This document shows, piece after piece, positions 61,954 to 64,000 of a stretch of DNA of 64,000 nucleotides. The notes under the pieces were generated by a model, which had not been told where the DNA came from, did not search any database, and was given only the letters and a program-made list of their open reading frames with translations. Numbering within the stretch: position 1 is the stretch's first letter; each line of letters opens with the position of its first letter. The position numbers were made by a program, and so were the translations under genes. Source of the DNA: an uncultured Chthonomonadaceae bacterium (GTDB lineage Bacteria; Armatimonadota; Chthonomonadetes; Chthonomonadales; Chthonomonadaceae); assembly GCA_963835065.1 (NCBI GenBank), contig CAWIEK010000049.1, positions 1 to 64,000 of the forward strand. Reading direction: 5' to 3'.

Positions 61954-61970
61954 TGTAAAATGCGTTTACA
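61954..61970. promoter_or_regulatory. Operator-like palindrome TGTAAA-N5-TTTACA
   Basis: tgtaaa-atgcg-tttaca, ~55 bp upstream of the leader ATG. Confidence 0.45.
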
Positions 61971-62120
61971 TCCTTTGCGCGCGTTCATATCCCTTGACAG
62001 CAGGTTGCCGCCCAAAGTTGCGTTGCCGCGAAAATTATTTCAGATGCGCTGACATTTTCCCATCCCGTCTTTGCTGCGTCAATGCTCTTCACGTTTTTCC
62101 TGCTTTCCGGGCGCGTACTC

Positions 62121-62129
62121 TGGTATAAT
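62121..62129 (+). promoter_or_regulatory. Extended -10 element upstream of the sensor kinase
   Basis: TGGTATAAT. Confidence 0.45.
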
Positions 62130-62281
62130 GAACGAAAATCTCCATTTGCCATCAACAATACATCCTGAATACATCCTGCCGTTCGCGTAATTTCCTGCCG
62201 ACCTCGCGCCATACTGCCGAAAATAACAATGTTCCTCAATGCAACGCCTCCGCAGCCGACGCGCAAGGCGAGAAAACCCTG

Positions 62282-63844
62282 ATGAAAGAAGTACCCATGA
62301 ACAGGAACACTGTTGCGCCACTGGAGGCGCTGTTCCAAAAACGAAGCGAGATGGGAGAGCGCGTGATGGCTTTGGATTGGTCTCATACGCCTTTGGGACC
62401 GATAGAAGGCTGGCCGCAGAGCCTGCGCATGGCTGTCGGAATCTGCCTCAACAGCCGCTTTCCCATGTTCGTCTGGTGGGGACCCGAACTCATTAACATC
62501 CACAACGATGCGTATGCTCCCATTTTGGGACTGCGGCACCCGGCTGCGCTTGGTATGCCTGCGCGGGAAATCTGGGCCGAACTCTGGCCCGTGATTGGAG
62601 CCGAGGTAGACGCGGTGATTCGGCGCGGCGAGGCGGTGTCCCATGAACGGGTGCGCCTGGTGCTGGAGCGTAACGGCTACCCGGAGGAGACGTACTTTAC
62701 GTACTCGCATAGCCCTATCCCCGACGAGCAGGGTGGGATTGGCGGATTGTTCCAGGTTTGTACGGACGAAACCGCGCAGGTACTCGCCGAACGGGAGCGA
62801 GACCGCATGGCCGCGCAACGGCAACTGGCGCTGGACGCGGCGGATATGGGCTGGTGGCACTATGACCCGAACACCAGAGTCGCAGCCTGGGATGACCGTT
62901 ACAAGGAAATTTTTGGCGTCACGGGCTATCAGCGTCCGAATGATGAAATTCTCGCTCGTATTCACCCGGACGACCTGCCGGGCGTCTGGGCGAAAGTGGA
63001 GGCGGCGCTGAACCCGCTTGACCCCCAGCCTTATGCGACCGAGTACCGCATCTTCCGTGATGCGGGGAATGTGCGTTGGATTGAGGCGCGGGGAGTCGCC
63101 ATGTTTGAAGGCGAGGGCGCGGCGCGGCAGGCGACGAGTTTTGTGGGCACGGTAGCCGACATCACGGAACGCAAGCGCGCCGCAGACGCCTTGCTCGCGC
63201 GTTCGCAGGAGATTGCGAACCTCAATGCGCGACTCACGCGGGCGATGAAAGAAACGCATCACCGCGTCAAAAATAACCTGCAAGTGATTGCGGCCATGAT
63301 CGAAATGCAGGTGCTGGAACACCAAAACGATCAAACCGTTCCTATCGCGGAGTTTGTTCGGCTGAAAGCGCATGTGCATACGCTGGCGATTGTGCATGAC
63401 CTGCTGACCAAGAGCGTGAAGGAAGAGGAAGACGCGCAGCGAGTTTCGGCCAGAGCCGTATTGGAGAAATTGTTACCCATGCTGCAGCGCACCGCCTGGC
63501 AGCAGAATGTGCGCTACACGGTAGATGAGGCGTATCTCACTTCCAAGCAGTGTATTGCCCTGTCGCTCGTACTCAATGAATTGGTTTCCAATGCCTTGAA
63601 GCATGGCAGGAAGGAGGCAGAAGTGTTCTTTAAGGTGGACGGCCAAAACGCAAGCCTGTCCGTATCCGACGATGGGCTTGGCTTTCCCGATGGCTTTGAT
63701 CCGAACAAGGCCGCGAATACCGGGCTGGAACTTGTTGGCAGCCTCGTCCGCACCGACCTACAGGGAACCCTCGTCTACGGCAACCAACCGCAGGGCGGCG
63801 GGCAGGTCAGCGTCGTGTTTCCTTTGCCGCCGGACGAAGCATGA
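62282..63844 (+). CDS. Cytoplasmic PAS-PAS sensor histidine kinase (HisKA_2 type)
   Basis: DWSHTPLGP..WP PAS, ETHHRVKNNLQ, NELVSNALKH, DDGLG. Confidence 0.9.
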   Translation: MKEVPMNRNTVAPLEALFQKRSEMGERVMALDWSHTPLGPIEGWPQSLRMAVGICLNSRFPMFVWWGPELINIHNDAYAPILGLRHPAALGMPAREIWAELWPVIGAEVDAVIRRGEAVSHERVRLVLERNGYPEETYFTYSHSPIPDEQGGIGGLFQVCTDETAQVLAERERDRMAAQRQLALDAADMGWWHYDPNTRVAAWDDRYKEIFGVTGYQRPNDEILARIHPDDLPGVWAKVEAALNPLDPQPYATEYRIFRDAGNVRWIEARGVAMFEGEGAARQATSFVGTVADITERKRAADALLARSQEIANLNARLTRAMKETHHRVKNNLQVIAAMIEMQVLEHQNDQTVPIAEFVRLKAHVHTLAIVHDLLTKSVKEEEDAQRVSARAVLEKLLPMLQRTAWQQNVRYTVDEAYLTSKQCIALSLVLNELVSNALKHGRKEAEVFFKVDGQNASLSVSDDGLGFPDGFDPNKAANTGLELVGSLVRTDLQGTLVYGNQPQGGGQVSVVFPLPPDEA

Positions 63845-63947
63845 GCGTCCAAGCCGTTGATGGTGGATAGTTCGCGCCGTCATGCCACAAGTTTCACCAA
63901 CCTACCATAAGTTTCACCGACATTAATCGCGCGCAAACCGATCCGAA

Positions 63948-63984
63948 AACCTCCCGCCGAAATTTCGGCGGGAGGTTGTTCTTT
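63948..63984 (+). terminator. Intrinsic terminator
   Basis: aacctcccgccgaaa/tttcggcgggaggtt stem followed by a T-rich tail. Confidence 0.7.
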
Positions 63985-64000
63985 ACCGTATCAGGCGAAC

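Overview
GC-rich bacterial chromosomal segment, most likely Armatimonadota. This is inferred from a UBact modifier ending RSGQ, a PEP-CTERM protein, a DUF1559/H-X9-DG protein and Tat/HEAT proteins. About a dozen single-base frameshifts in otherwise intact genes suggest uncorrected long-read indels. Contents: kynU-kynB, rplU-rpmA, hisG, ruvA, folK, two PilC/GspF genes, sugar and redox enzymes, c-di-GMP and histidine-kinase signalling genes, and a complete but interrupted UBact-proteasome locus (arc, dop, ubact, prcB, prcA, pafA). The most striking element is a minus-strand unit at about 60.25-61.97 kb, most of which is missing from the ORF track. It runs: palindromic operator-like site, 40-codon Tyr/Ala-rich leader ORF, terminator hairpin, atypical tRNA-Ala(TGC), atypical tRNA-Tyr(GTA), DRB0094-family RNA ligase, terminator. 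The leader is enriched in the two amino acids whose tRNAs lie downstream. This suggests an attenuation-controlled tRNA replacement-and-repair operon (inference). The window also carries many inverted 7/8/9-mer tandem repeats and GTAG-type REP-like palindromes, some translated in frame inside genes.
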